DNA of 63,688 nucleotides, the filler included, from Octopus bimaculoides (Eukaryota): assembly GCF_001194135.2 (NCBI RefSeq). It is 11 parts of 9 records of this genome, joined end to end, with 100 filler letters (N's around TTAATTAATTAA, not from the genome) between each part and the next. Parts side by side here need not be neighbours in the genome. Positions count along the whole stretch, not along the records: positions 1 to 13,192 come from NC_068989.1; positions 13,293 to 17,790 come from NC_069009.1; positions 17,891 to 35,925 come from NC_068997.1; 8 more parts are not named here. One strand, given 5' to 3'. Shown in pieces: positions 11,626-24,625 of the stretch. The translations under genes were made by a program, and so were the position numbers. The first letter of the stretch is position 1. Every line of letters starts with the position of its first letter. A model generated the notes under the pieces. The model made no database searches. It was given only the letters and a program-made list of their open reading frames with translations, and was not told where the DNA came from.

Positions 11626-12019
11626 TTTATGGCCGCCATACTGTAAAGTCACGGAAATTTGAAGTTTCATAAGTTGAAATAGTGTTTGAAATCTTTTCGG
11701 ACTTCTAAGGCCCCGTGTTTTCATTTTTATTATTATCATTGCCTTTCTGAGATCGTCTGAACTGCGCCCATAGTATTTTTGTGTAGAAACACTCCCTGTT
11801 TTGTAGTGGGTGTTCATCAATAATTTTTGAATTTTAACTACTTTCGGCAAAAGCAAGTATTTTGCAATTTTCTTTAATTATTTAAAGATGGCTGATAAAA
11901 AAGCCATCATAATGTTCGACAATGGGAGTTCCTTGCAGGAGAAAAATGAGCGCAAAGATATAGAATGGCCTACACTTAATAATGTCACCGAGGCGAATAC
12001 TGTTTAGTCTCTAAGCAAC

Positions 12020-12426
12020 GTCAAAACTTTCGGTGACCACGACTTTTTCATCGACCATAACTGCTTCACTTCCCAAGCTAACCTGTCATATCTATCGACT
12101 TTTCTTTCTTCTTTATCGCATACCTTATGGTCAGCTGGGCATGCTATATCTATGATCCAGCATAGTTTGCTTTCTTTCTCAATTAAGACTATGTCTGGCT
12201 TCCTATTCTCTATCGCATGGTCGCACTGAGTCATAAAATCCCGTAGGATCTTTGCATTTTTATTTTCGACGATGCCTTTGGGTTTGTGGTCGTACCAAGT
12301 TTTTGCTCTGCCAAATCCATACTTGTTGCAAAGTGTCCAATGGACAAGCCTAGCTATATTGTCGTGGCGTTTCTTATATTCCTTCTGAGCTAGTGGCGTA
12401 CATTGACTGGTGCCATACGGTTTCAA
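12020..12426 (-). pseudogene. R4/Dong-like non-LTR retrotransposon, restriction-like endonuclease (RLE) fragment
   Basis: ORF motifs: C...KEYKKRHD (zinc knuckle/RHD), NRKPDIVLIEK, IIDIACP, KEERKVDRY. This is the PD-(D/E)xK RLE signature of the R2/R4/NeSL group. Confidence 0.88.
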
Positions 12427-12449
12427 TATCGTTGTTGTTGTTGTTGTTA

Positions 12450-12745
12450 TTATTGACTTTGCACAGCTTCTAACGCTGAAGATGTACTACGGTGCCAGTT
12501 GTTTACTACCAATGAACTAAAGTAACACCTCTTATTTTTCGAGCACCTTCCGGAGTATTCGAGCGGTTCCAAGCAGTGCTGTTTTCTGCAAGTGCTCCAC
12601 CATTATTGCAGACCTTATTTGTTTCATGTACTTCTCGAGATTTTTGTTCCCAGGGCTCCGACAATTATTGGTACTACTGCTAACTTTTTCAGCGACCGCA
12701 ACTGCTTTATCTCCTAAGCTAACCTGTCATACCTATCGACTTTTC
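12450..12745 (-). mobile_element. 5'-truncated 3' end of the same R4/Dong-like family (second copy)
   Basis: Minus strand encodes DRYDRLA*EIKQL..VVPIIVGALG...LQKTALLGTARILRKVLEK*, then a short 3' UTR and (AAT/AAC)n tail. Confidence 0.85.
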
Positions 12746-12764
12746 ATTTTTCACTTTTTAAAAA

Positions 12765-12807
<43 letters not shown>

Positions 12808-12993
12808 TTCCCTCTTTCTTCAAATTTTCTTTCTTTTCTCGCCGAGTGTTTTCCGTACACCTAGGGCAGAGAAGCTCATTGTACGCATTCCCAGATTACA
12901 CACGCAAATTCACAGGTAAAATATGTATCTAAAAAAATTAATAAATATTAAAAAAATCAATAAAAAAATCAATAAATTATTATTATTATTATT

Positions 12994-13192
12994 CTTTTGT
13001 TTTGCATTTGTACAAGTTGGATCCAAGTCTCACCCAGAGACCTCAAGAGACAACAAGTTAGAAGTTCATGTAGGTGTTATGCCTAGGGTACCATATATTT
13101 GGATTTGTACAGTTTTGTTCAAGTGAATGTTTAAGAAACCATAAGAAAATTATGTTTGCTTTAAAATTTGAGATCACATAGACAGTATTTTA
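12994..13192 (-). mobile_element. 3' end of a young RLE-type LINE inserted in (TAA)n
   Basis: Minus strand ends an ORF with KILSM*, resembling the RLE C-terminus. 12994-13145 is identical to 46770-46921. Confidence 0.7.
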
Positions 13193-13292
13193 NNNNNNNN
13201 NNNNNNNNNNNNNNNNNNNNNNNNNNNNNNNNNNNNTTAATTAATTAANNNNNNNNNNNNNNNNNNNNNNNNNNNNNNNNNNNNNNNNNNNN
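13193..13292. other. Artificial assembly linker (44 N + TTAATTAATTAA + 44 N)
   Basis: The identical 100-bp structure occurs at 13193, 17791, 35926, 42568, 44706, 46922, 50216, 52277, 58080 and 61765. The 12-mer gives stop codons in all six frames. Confidence 0.97.
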
Positions 13293-13592
13293 TTGTGCGA
13301 GTGACACATGAGGTTTTTCGAGCGAGATCGTTGCCGGTGCCCCTGGACTGGCTCTTGTGCGGGTGGCACATAAAGGACACCATTTCGAGCGTGGCCGTTT
13401 TCATGCGGGTGACACGTAAAAGCACCCACTACACTCTCTGAGTGGTTGGCGTTAGGAAGGGCATCCAGCTGTAGAAACTCTGCCAAATTAGATTGGAGCC
13501 TGGTGTTGCCATCCGGTTTCACCAGTCCTCAGTCAAATCGTCCAACCCATGCTAGCATGGAAGGCGGACGTTAAACGATGATGATGATGATA
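13293..13592 (+). mobile_element. SINE-like family D with (ATG)n tail (RTE-like 3' end)
   Basis: GCGTTAGGAAGGGCATCCAGCTGTAGAAA...CCAACCCATGCTAGCATGGAAGGCGGACGTTAAACGATGATG. Further copies at 16370-16678 (+), 47418-47527 (+), 48893-49172 (+) and 50005-50108 (-). Confidence 0.85.
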
Positions 13593-14584
13593 TATATATA
13601 TATACATCAATATAAAATATATTTTCCATCATTATAATATATATTTCGTCTTAAAATACCTTTCATAATTTGTCATTTTCTTCAGTTAGTAGTGTGCTTA
13701 TATAAGCTTGTGTGCATGTGCGTGTGCTCTCAGATTACATTGTAACGTAGTGTAGTCAAAAATTCAGTGTGAGTATGGATATGTGTGTGTGTGTGTGTGT
13801 GTGCGCACATATATATATATATATGTATGTATGTATGTATGTGTAGTGACTGCCTTTCTCATAGACAAGCAAAGCCATTACTAGAAAGAATTAGTAAAAT
13901 GAGTCATTGATAATGCAATGTGAAGCCCTTATATTACTCTTATCATGTCTACATATATTGCCATAGATCCATGTATACACATATACACGCATATACATAC
14001 ATACATATATATATGCATATATATACACCCAGAGACACACACAGATAGATACAGAGACTCATTCACGTGTGTGTGTGTGTATATATATATATANNNNNNN
14101 NNNCAGACATGCACACATATATGTACACACATCCACATATATACATACACACATGCACACACACCCAAATACACACACACACTCACAGAAATGGAAACTA
14201 ACCAATTCCCTTCATACATTTGGCAGTAATTAAAAAATCAAATTACATCCGATGATAGGTTGGTCTTGGTGCTGATGTATACAGCTGGGTGTGTATATCG
14301 ACACAGAGGTCAAAGCCCATATCTAGGTGTGTATATATAGAGTATACAGTTGCACTGTGTGTAGAAAAGGCCAGGATAGGTTAGACGTATTACTGTGTGT
14401 ATAGTTATTGTAGGGAAAGTTGATGTGTGTATAAAAACACAGATGCTCGGTTGTATGTTGTGTGGATGTGTGTATATATATAAGTGTTTACATGTGTGTG
14501 TATGGTGCCCCCATAAATATACATCAGGCGTTTAGAAAACTTTAAAGGCTACTGAAGATGGGTATGTATGTGCGTATGCTTTTA

Positions 14585-14715
14585 TTTTCTATTTTTTTAC
14601 TTCCTTCAGTCATTTGACTGTCGTCATGCTGGAGCACTGCCCTAAAGGGCTTTTAGTCAAACATGTCGGCCCCTGAATTTATTTTTTAAGCCTAGTATTT
14701 ATTCTACCAGTTACA
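14585..14715 (-). mobile_element. SINE family A, 3' fragment
   Basis: CAGTCATTTGACTG..CATGCTGGAGCACTGCC matches the family A 3' end. Confidence 0.7.
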
Positions 14716-14773
14716 CACACAAATACATATATGCACACACACACATACACCACACACACATACATACATACAT

Positions 14774-15335
14774 ATGATAGAAACCATAGCCACCTATAAT
14801 AAAAAGGAATACTGGTGGAATGTCCCAGTGAAGACCTCAATAAAATGTAAGCACAACAGGCCTGATATAATGATTTGGGATAGAGAAGAGAAACTGTGTA
14901 CAGTTGTGGAAATTAGATGCCCAGCTGATGTTAACATAAAACTGAAGATCAGTGAAAAAGAGAACACCTACGCTGAACTATTGAAAAATATGCAGTTACT
15001 CTATCCAGATTACAAGTTCATGTTTCTACCTGTAATTATTGGGGTCCTGGGATAAGTAACACATTGCCTAAATAGCAATCTTGAGAAATTAGGCTTCTCA
15101 AAACTAGAAGGGAGAAAGTTAATTCGAAGACTACAGATCCAAACCATCACTGGAACTGTAAAAATCTGTATGACTTTCTGGAAGTTTATCATTTAAATAT
15201 ATATGAGCATGTTTAGATATGTAACTATATGCATGAGAATACATACATAAAACATACAAATCTCCACATATGCATACATACAAACAAAAATAACCTGTTG
15301 TTCATGTTGAAATTCCAATGAAGGAACCTTGAATC
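14774..15335 (+). pseudogene. RLE-type (R4-like) LINE 3' end, second family
   Basis: YWWNVPVKTSIKCKHNRPDIMIWDREEKLCTVVEIRCPADVN...KENTYAEL...LPVIIGVLG*, continuing in frame to ...TGTVKICMTFWKFII*, then a 3' UTR. A related 3' UTR fragment lies at 49172-49260 (-). Confidence 0.85.
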
Positions 15336-15397
15336 TCGGTTAGAAACTGGTTCTTTCTCTATTGGCAAGAAATCTTGAAATAAACTGAATAATGACA

Positions 15398-15682
15398 TAC
15401 TCTTTTACTTTTCTTAGTCATTTGACTGCGGCCATGCTGGAGCACCACCTTTAGTCGAGCAAATCGACCCCAGGGCTTATTCTTTGTAAGCCTAGTACTT
15501 ATTCTATCAGTCTCTTTTGCCGAACCGCTAAGTTACAAGGATGTAAACACACTAGCATCGGTTGTCAAGCGGTGTTGGGGGGACAAACATAGACACACAA
15601 ACATATACACACACATACATATATATATATATACATATATACGACGGGCTTCTTTCAGTTTCCGTCTACCAAATCCACTCAC
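15398..15682 (-). mobile_element. SINE family A (young; head lost in gap)
   Basis: Near-identical to 60380-60770. Confidence 0.9.
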
Positions 15683-16689
15683 NNNNNNNNNNNNNNNNNN
15701 NNNNNNNNNNNNNNNNNNNNNNNNNNNNNNNNNNNNNNNNNNNNNNNNNNNNNNNNNNNNNNNNNNNNNNNNNNNNNNNNNNNNNNNNNNNNNNNNNNNN
15801 NNNNNNNNNNNNNNNNNNNNNNNNNNNNNNNNNNNNNNNNNNNNNNNNNNNNNNNNNNNNNNNNNNNNNNNNNNNNNNNNNNNNNNNNNNNNNNNNNNNN
15901 NNNNNNNNNNNNNNNNNNNNNNNNNNNNNNNNNNNNNNNNNNNNNNNNNNNNNNNNNNNNNNNNNNNNNNNNNNNNNNNNNNNNNNNNNNNNNNNNNNNN
16001 NNNNNNNNNNNNNNNNNNNNNNNNNNNNNNNNNNNNNNNNNNNNNNNNNNNNNNNNNNNNNNNNNNNNNNNNNNNNNNNNNNNNNNNNNNNNNNNNNNNN
16101 NNNNNNNNNNNNNNNNNNNNNNNNNNNNNNNNNNNNNNNNNNNNNNNNNNNNNNNNNNNNNNNNNNNNNNNNNNNNNNNNNNNNNNNNNNNNNNNNNNNN
16201 NNNNNNNNNNNNNNNNNNNNNNNNNNNNNNNNNNNNNNNNNNNNNNNNNNNNNNNNNNNNNNNNNNNNNNNNNAGAAGAATTTTTATTCATTAAGATAGA
16301 AGAAATACACATAATTATATATATATATATATACACCTCCTCCAATGCCTCCTCCCCTCTCAAAGACTTGCAAAGTCACTGATGACCCTCCCAGTGTAGA
16401 TGTCACTGAATAAGCACCCAGTTCACACTATAAAGGTGTTAGCATTTGGAAGGGCCTCCAGCTGTGAAAACCATGCCAAAACTGACCTCACTTGTGCTGT
16501 TGCCACATAGAAAACACTCAGCTCACTCTACGAAGTGGTTGGCATTAGGAAGGGGCATCCAGCCAAAAAAAGCTGGCCAAAACAGACTCAGAAACATAAC
16601 ACAGGCTCCTGCCTGGCCAGCTCCTATCAAAGCGTCCAACCCATGCCAGCATGGAAGAAGGCCATTAAAAGATGATGGTCTCCTGGCCT

Positions 16690-17060
16690 CACTGGTTGAG
16701 TTGTGGCCTCATGTCCTTCACCATGCCTGGTTAGGCCACCAGCTGACTCACAATTTCAGTCACACACATCACAAATATGCCATGCCTGATGTGGCAGCAG
16801 AACCGTCTCGCAAACTGCTTGATTTCTTCCTAGTTCATGTGAGTTGAAGCGGATGACCAATCCAGCTTTTGAGAGGAGAAACCATCCTCATCCTTCATTT
16901 CCAGCAGGATTTCTGCTGGTTCTCCATTCGAGTCTTGGTCATGAAATTGGAGTGAATGCTTCAGCGTTGTGAGCTCCACTCGTTTTTGCTCATAGATGCC
17001 GCATCTAGACCTGGCAATCTTTGTCTCTGATGCATAGTTTTCAGCCAAAGCTTGCTAGTT
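16690..17060 (-). pseudogene. Probable RTE-clade LINE C-terminal fragment
   Basis: Frameshifted minus strand includes ICDVCD*NCESAGGLTRH, a CxxC..H finger like those ending some RTE ORFs. Confidence 0.45.
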
Positions 17061-17089
17061 ATCAGTGTCTACCTAAAAGGTTTAAAATA

Positions 17090-17496
17090 CATACTCATAT
17101 GTACATACACAAGCATGCATACACACATACATGCTTATACATACAAACACTCATATACATACAGCCATACACACACATATATATACACTCAAATATGCAC
17201 ATACATACATACATACATACAAAAGCTCATACATACATATACACACACATACATATACGCACACATCCATACACATATACATCCATACACACACATACAT
17301 ATACACATAGATACTCATACACATAGATATGTACATACACACATATATATACACTCACAAACATATACATTCATACACACACATACATACCTGAACTTAC
17401 ATACACACACATACATACAAAGAAGCGCATACCTAGACACACATACACACAAATAAAAACATACACACTTCTACATACACACACACACACACACAA

Positions 17497-17543
<47 letters not shown>

Positions 17544-17552
17544 CATACATAC
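17090..17552. repeat. Degenerate CA/TA microsatellite field
   Basis: Visible. Similar fields at 6745-6965, 9550-9870, 13960-14185, 25750-26790, 33490-33690, 35660-35925, 49525-49995 and 59400-59785. Confidence 0.9.
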
Positions 17553-17890
17553 ACACTCGTCTCCTATTTCCACCCTGATCTCATAAAACAGCCACCCGAC
17601 ACTATTAACTTCTTATTAAGAAGGTCAACAGCCAGTCATCCGCATCCTCCTTCATTCACAGAAACGACTCTTCTTTGTAACTCGAACATCACTCTCCTTT
17701 GAAGGAGACTCATTGAGTTATTTCATCTGTTTAAATTGATTTACATTGTTCAACGTCACTTTCAAAATCTGCGTTGTGGTTTATAGACTTNNNNNNNNNN
17801 NNNNNNNNNNNNNNNNNNNNNNNNNNNNNNNNNNTTAATTAATTAANNNNNNNNNNNNNNNNNNNNNNNNNNNNNNNNNNNNNNNNNNNN

Positions 17891-17941
<51 letters not shown>

Positions 17942-19458
17942 CATATATATATATGCACATACATATATATATGTGTTTGTGTGTTTACGTTTGTGTGCGT
18001 GTGCGTAAGTCTGTGTGTGTGGTTACTATTCCCTTCCCCCAACGAGTGTTATGTCGGTTAATGAACTCAAAACAAAGCAGACGACAGCTTCTGGATACGT
18101 TTGTCTTTTCCTTACTCATTAGGTATTTCAAACAGTTTAATCTCGGTAGACTTCATAATTTCAATGAAGACGTTAGTTTGAGTTTATATTTCGTTAAGTA
18201 AAATCGTTTGATGTGAACACAAGAGAACAATGTTAACACATGCGAACACACCGTAGATGTTAACGAAGTCATTGTTAGCGGCGCTTGTACGATGTAGTTG
18301 GAATTGCTAGAAATGGCAACCCAATCTCTTTTAAATTACAGCCATTATGCTTTTGAAAATATGGGACGCAATGAAGAACGATAGTCCCGAATGCACACGA
18401 ATTTCGAAGAAGGAAAAGGGACAGGATAATATCAAATTGATTTTTTTTTTCTTTTGTCAGTCTGAGTTGATATAGGTATAAACACCAACGATAACGACAT
18501 GANNNNNNNNNNNNNNNNNNNNNNNNNNNNNNNNNNNNNNNNNNNNNNNNNNNNNNNNNNNNNNNNNNNNNNNNNNNNNNNNNNNNNNNNNNNNNNNNNN
18601 NNNNNNNNNNNNNNNNNNNNNNNNNNNNNNNNNNNNNNNNNNNNNNNNNNNNNNNNNNNNNNNNNNNNNNNNNNNNNNNNNNNNNNNNNNNNNNNNNNNN
18701 NNNNNNNNNNNNNNNNNNNNNNNNNNNNNNNNNNNNNNNNNNNNNNNNNNNNNNNNNNNNNNNNNNNNNNNNNNNNNNNNNNNNNNNNNNNNNNNNNNNN
18801 NNNNNNNNNNNNNNNNNNNNNNNNNNNNNNNNNNNNNNNNNNNNNNNNNNNNNNNNNNNNNNNNNNNNNNNNNNNNNNNNNNNNNNNNNNNNNNNNNNNN
18901 NNNNNNNNNNNNNNNNNNNNNNNNNNNNNNNNNNNNNNNNNNNNNNNNNNNNNNNNNNNNNNNNNNNNNNNNNNNNNNNNNNNNNNNNNNNNNNNNNNNN
19001 NNNNNNNNNNNNNNNNNNNNNNNNNNNNNNNNNNNNNNNNNNNNNNNNNNNNNNNNNNNNNNNNNNNNNNNNNNNNNNNNNNNNNNNNNNNNNNNNNNNN
19101 NNNNNNNNNNNNNNNNNNNNNNNNNNNNNNNNNNNNNNNNNNNNNNNNNNNNNNNNNNNNNNNNNNNNNNNNNNNNNNNNNNNNNNNNNNNNNNNNNNNN
19201 NNNNNNNNNNNNNNNNNNNNNNNNNNNNNNNNNNNNNNNNNNNNNNNNNNNNNNNNNNNNNNNNNNNNNNNNNNNNNNNNNNNNNNNNNNNNNNNNNNNN
19301 NNNNNNNNNNNNNNNNNNNNNNNNNNNNNNNNNNNNNNNNNNNNNNNNNNNNNNNNNNNNNNNNNNNNNNNNNNNNNNNNNNNNNNNNNNNNNNNNNNNN
19401 NNNNNNNNNNNNNNNNNNNNNNNNNNNNNNNNNNNNNNNNNNNNNNNNNNNNNNNNNN

Positions 19459-19503
<45 letters not shown>

Positions 19504-20244
19504 AATATACACATATATGTTGCACATTAATAACTCTAAGATGATAACACAAACTGGTACATGCATACCTATTCACATCTAATAAACGCCAAGCTCATAT
19601 AAAGATGCCTTATACATACAAATACACTTACTATATGTGTGTATGTGCACGTGTGTGTTATGCAAATATTTGTAAATCAAAATATACGTATGTGTATTTT
19701 CTGTAACTATATATATATACATACATTGCTCGCTTATACTTGCATACAAATAGCTTACGATATAAATTCATACAAACATACAGACAAACATGCAGGCATA
19801 CATCTACTCAGAAAAACATGTACAAGGAAAAACTACAAAAGAAGTTCATTACAAATTGAAATTAGAATCAAACAATTCTTAAATCAAAGTATTGTGTGAA
19901 ATTCTTTCAAAATTGCATTGAAAACAAAATGGCGATTTATCGATGAAAGCCATTCTTGTCAGTAATTAGAAATCGCCGTGCGAAACATGAAACGTTCTAA
20001 TTATCGGCAAACATTCCTTCTCTACCTACGAGGAGACACGAATAACATCTATTACTTGCTGCTTGCCGGTCGTACGAGATATAGTTTATAGCAGAGAGTC
20101 TACCACACACTTCCACACTTACCGAGTCCGTTATATTGATATAAGTTTGTTAAGTCGTCGGCGACATAGCGCTAACTGGATAGGCTATATAACAATGAAG
20201 TTTTCCCTAAATCAAATCGATGCTTGTAATATCTAATATCATTT

Positions 20245-20728
20245 TATTTCTTATCTTTAACTTGTTTCCGTCATTAGTCTGCAGCCATGCTGGGGCACCG
20301 CCTCGAAGAATATTTAATCGAATGAATCGATCTAAAGTACTTATTGTTTTAAAGCCTGATGCTTATTCTATTGGTCAGTTTTCGCCGAACCACTAAGTTA
20401 CAGCGACGCCAATACACAGAAGCCCAGATGAGGGTTAAACACAGACACCGAGACATACTCATTCACACACACACATACATACACACACTCGCACGCACAC
20501 GCACACACACGGACAAAGACACGCACACACACACACACACATACACACACACACACATATATACATACATACATGCAACGGGCTCCTTTCGGTTTCTGTC
20601 TACCAAATTCCCTCAAAATGCTTTGGTCGAGTCGAGGCTATTGCAGAAGACACTTGACCATAGTGCCACGCACTGGGACTGAACTTGGAACCATGTGGTC
20701 GGGGAGCAAACTTCTTACCACGCAGCGA
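20245..20728 (-). mobile_element. SINE family A, full length, diverged
   Basis: Collinear with 60380-60884, including the tRNA-like head (GGTTCCAAGTTCAGTCCCAGTGCGTGGCAC on minus). Confidence 0.85.
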
Positions 20729-21639
20729 TATTATTGAAAATATGTAATCCTTTCTTCCTTTTCTTCTTTCTTTCTTTCTTTTTCATTTATGGTTTTCTGC
20801 CTTGGACACCATTCCCAAAAGCTGTTGTTACACGAAACTATTGATTATAAGTTATTACATCATATGTTCTAATTGTTATTTACCAACCAAGTAGAAAAGT
20901 CAGTCGATTTAATGACCTGCATCTTTCCTCGAACTTGCTACCCATTTTGGTTATGTTCTTATTCTAAAATTCAACAGATTAGTAGAAATAAAATAACATA
21001 AATGACAAAGAAAACCACTTTTAAATGTCATCGACTACCAGATGTAACCTGCATCTAAACACACTTACCAAAACCATCACATCTTTTAGCAAGCAACCGT
21101 ATTATTTAGATATAGTATAAATATCGGATGCTTATTTCGTGGTTTGCTTCGAAGCTCAACGGGATGTTTCTCTTGGTAATAACTCATATAGTTATTCGAC
21201 TTAATTATCTCAAGTTTTTCCTCGTGTCACCAGCTTCGTTGTGTATTTTTCTAATAACATTTTATTTAAGTTTCTCGTGATAAAAGCTCTGTTTGTTGAT
21301 ATTTCAGTGATGTACATAAAGGAATATATTTGGGTTTTATTGCAGAATTTTATATTTTATCGCTTCTGTAGTGTTTTTAGTTCACTTTATTCTTTTAAAT
21401 TTTCCTTGTTTATATAATATTTTCCTTCGATAAATCAAGTTTGTTGACGAAATTGTTTTAAATACAGAGCAGTAAGAAATAGCGATAGACTTCACTCACA
21501 AAAAAATTGGTCAACCCCAGTATATTAAAGAAGAGATTTACGCAAGATACCAGGTAGCGTGCTCGAATCAACAATAAGGCAAACTCCGCATGGAAACTTA
21601 TCTGAGCATCATAAATTGGATTGGATTGGATCGCCTATT

Positions 21640-21912
21640 TTCCCTTCATTGTATGACTTTCATTCGATGCAGCAGCTGCGGGCTAGAAGAGGTCTCGTGC
21701 AAGCCCAACCAGATGTTTGGACATGATTAGGAAAGATATCCAGAGGCTCGACGTCATCTTGGAGAATGCAGAGGGACTTGCACGGCACCGCCAATGATAG
21801 AGAGGACTGGTGGGCCTGGTCGGCTTTACGCACCATAAGGTTTCCGAAACCACAAACCTGAGATGACCCCAGTTCCAACAAGCTACAGCACGAAGCAAGA
21901 AGTAAGAAGAAA
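21640..21912 (+). pseudogene. RTE-clade LINE 3' end
   Basis: FDAAAAG*KRSRASPTRCLDMIRKDIQRLDVILENAEGLARHRQ**RGLV matches the RTE C-terminal pattern (W-RPRGRP..RW-D-I--DL...A-DR--WR); short AAGT/AAG tail. Confidence 0.7.
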
Positions 21913-22311
21913 GCAGGCAGGGCGAAGGCCTCAGCATATCATTGCCAAGGTACTTTTTATTAAAAAGAATTGACTCAGTTTTCTGGACCTTATATTCTAG
22001 TGACCCTTGTTTTGAGATCTTTACATTTGGATAAGTTTTGCGTCTCTTTTTAAAGATAGATTCCCGTGGTCTTGGACAGACATGCCGATGAAGAGATATA
22101 TTTTTTCTTGATGGTCCTTGATAAAAATATCGGTTCCGTTAGTCTTTATCTCTCTCTCTCTATCTGTAGGAATAGACATACCCCGGTGTATGGTTGCTTT
22201 GTCCTTCTTGGAAATCTTTCCTCTCTACCTACTATTTATTATTATTAACAATATCATTAAAAATATATGGAAGAATATATATATATGAACATACATATGC
22301 ATACATATATA

Positions 22312-23157
22312 CAGGGTGTGGTGAATAAACTGTTGTCTAAACTACGCAAAGATGAAAATAACACAGACATCTCATTTTAACAGATATATTTACCAAAATT
22401 ACATAAAAATATCTTGAAACACTAAAGAGTAAATTTATTCAATAAGATCGCCATTGGCTTCAACCACGCCCTCCAGACGACTTCGGAATCTCTTGCAACT
22501 CTTCTGGACGGTCTCCTTGTTTAAGTTGGTGAATGCTGCCATAACCCTTGCCTTCAGTTCATCTTTGGTGTTGCAAAGAGCTTTGTTGGTCTCTCGCACA
22601 ACTGCGTCCCACGCATAATAATCAAGGGGTTGCAGTTTATGGAGTTATATGGCCAGATGTTAGGAGTGATGTAGTCACAGAAATTGTCTGACAGTTATCA
22701 CTGGGTTCTCCTGTTTGTGTGGCATGGTGCAGAGTCCTGTTGCTAGATATAGGGTCTTCCAGCAGCCACCATTTTGACCCAGGCCAGCGTTACCTTCTCC
22801 AGGCCCTTGATGTAGGCCTCTGTGTTGAGTCTGAGGCCGTGTGGGAAGATGAATTGAGGCATAACGCTGCCATCACTAGTGATTACTCCAAACACCATGA
22901 TATTGACTGGATGTTTAATTTGTATCACTCTTGGTACATGTCCTCAGATTGCATTGTCTTCAGATTGACACCTAAACACTCTGATATGTTCGTATTGGAG
23001 CATGCGGCACGAATGCCAAGCAGTATGGTGCTATTTTTCTCACGGACGGTGCCCAACGGACTCTAATATTCTGTGTAGTCGACAAAATCAAAAACAAACA
23101 GTGCACGTGCGCGAAATTAAAAATATGAAATAGTAACAATTTACCCATCGAACCCTG
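22312..23157 (-). mobile_element. Internally deleted maT/DD37D Tc1-mariner element
   Basis: TA|CAGGGT...ACCCTG|TA termini. Minus strand: KHPVNIMVFGVITSDG..., QQDSAPCH, then exactly 37 codons to NPLD(Y) when one frameshift and two stops are allowed. Confidence 0.88.
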
Positions 23158-24625
23158 TATATGTATGTGTGTGTGAGTGTGGAGATATAGATATACATAT
23201 AATATATACAGACTAATCTCGCTAAGGTAAATCCTTTTCGGCTTCGATAAGAAAATGTACCAGTAATGAACTCGGGTAACTTAATGGATTATAATTTTCT
23301 CCAATATTACAGACTTTGTGGTTATTGTGGAAGTCAATGGATGCAATAAATCTTTTAAAAGCATCAATTTAATTTTTAAGCGACATTCACTTGTTGATAT
23401 AATTGTGCCTGTAATGTATTTAATACCATCATGTTTTCATAAGCTATCATATAATGTAGATATATTTCAAATATGAAATGTTTATTTCGTGGTTTGTTTA
23501 GGAAACGCAATGGGATGTTTCTCTTGATAATAACTCATACAGTTATTCCACTTAATTATGTGAAGCTTTTCGTGATATCGCTTATTTGTTTTTCCAATAT
23601 CAGTTCGTTTAAGTTTTTTTCTGTTTTTTTTTTTTCATGATATACGTTTTGTTTTCTAATACTTTTCAAATACACATTAAAATAGCTATGGTGAAAATTT
23701 ATTTGATTTTATTCCATATTTCTTGGTTATTTTGCTTCCGTATTATCTTTATTTTCCTTCATGCTTTTATTCTGACATATAAATTTCCTTTGGTTTTCAG
23801 CTTATTCTGTTCGAGCTATCACATTTGTTGACGAAATACCGTTAATATTCTTGCAGAAGTAAAATCATGATAAACTTCGCACTCAATCTATTGATCACCC
23901 AACCCGAATCTTTGGTAAAAAAAAGAGACATTTGGCCAAGGTGCCAATCAGTAGGATCGAATCAAAAATGTCAAGAGCCAACTTAGCAACCTCTGAACTG
24001 TAACTCGCTCTGCAACAAATAGCAGCTAAAACTCCCTTCAATAACGCAGTCTTAGAAATTGATTGATTAAAGAAGTGGGTTGTGGTGTATTTTGTCTGGA
24101 AAGAAGAGAGGGGTGGTCACGGTTTGGCTGACATTGATCACATTTATACTCTGTAAGGATGGACTTGGTGTTGCATGACCGCAGCAACGACGACAGCGAG
24201 TGCTACAGATAAAAGATATCAAAGAAGAAGGGAAATATATCGTCTTGGATTTTTACTACCGTTTGCTGTCAGAAGAAATGCTGTTATGAAATTCAAAGGA
24301 AACGAAGCAGAGATATAGCGATCATAAGAGAGGAACGGAGATCAAATGCTTCTATCATTGTTTTAAAAGAACGACTAGAGAGAATGCGCGTGCCGATTAA
24401 ATTAGGGATCCATGAAAGAACAACAGTTACAAGTACTTAGGAAGCATGAAGCTAGAAGAACTCTAGATAACCCTTTTCTTTCAATTCAAGAACCGTTATT
24501 TTCTGTTAGACTTTGTTTTGCTATTTAAAGGTATCTTGAAGTTATCTCCCATATATGCTTCTAGGTTTTAAGCACTCTCGAAGGGAGATTTTTTTCTTCT
24601 AATTGCATACGTAATCTTAACTGAA

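Noticed and set aside
13237-13248. Recurrent TTAATTAATTAA (PacI-like or homeodomain-like site)
   Set aside because: It is always centred in exactly 44+44 N, so it is an assembly linker.
13293-13440. Reiterated GGTG(G/A)CAC(A/G)TAAA modules in family D as a possible HDV-like ribozyme
   Set aside because: I could not build the nested double pseudoknot by eye; a structure-descriptor search is needed.
18275-19576. Long ORFs spanning N runs (also 4694, 15533, 28669, 33641, 34907, 36714, 38595)
   Set aside because: They are open only because N codons are not stops.
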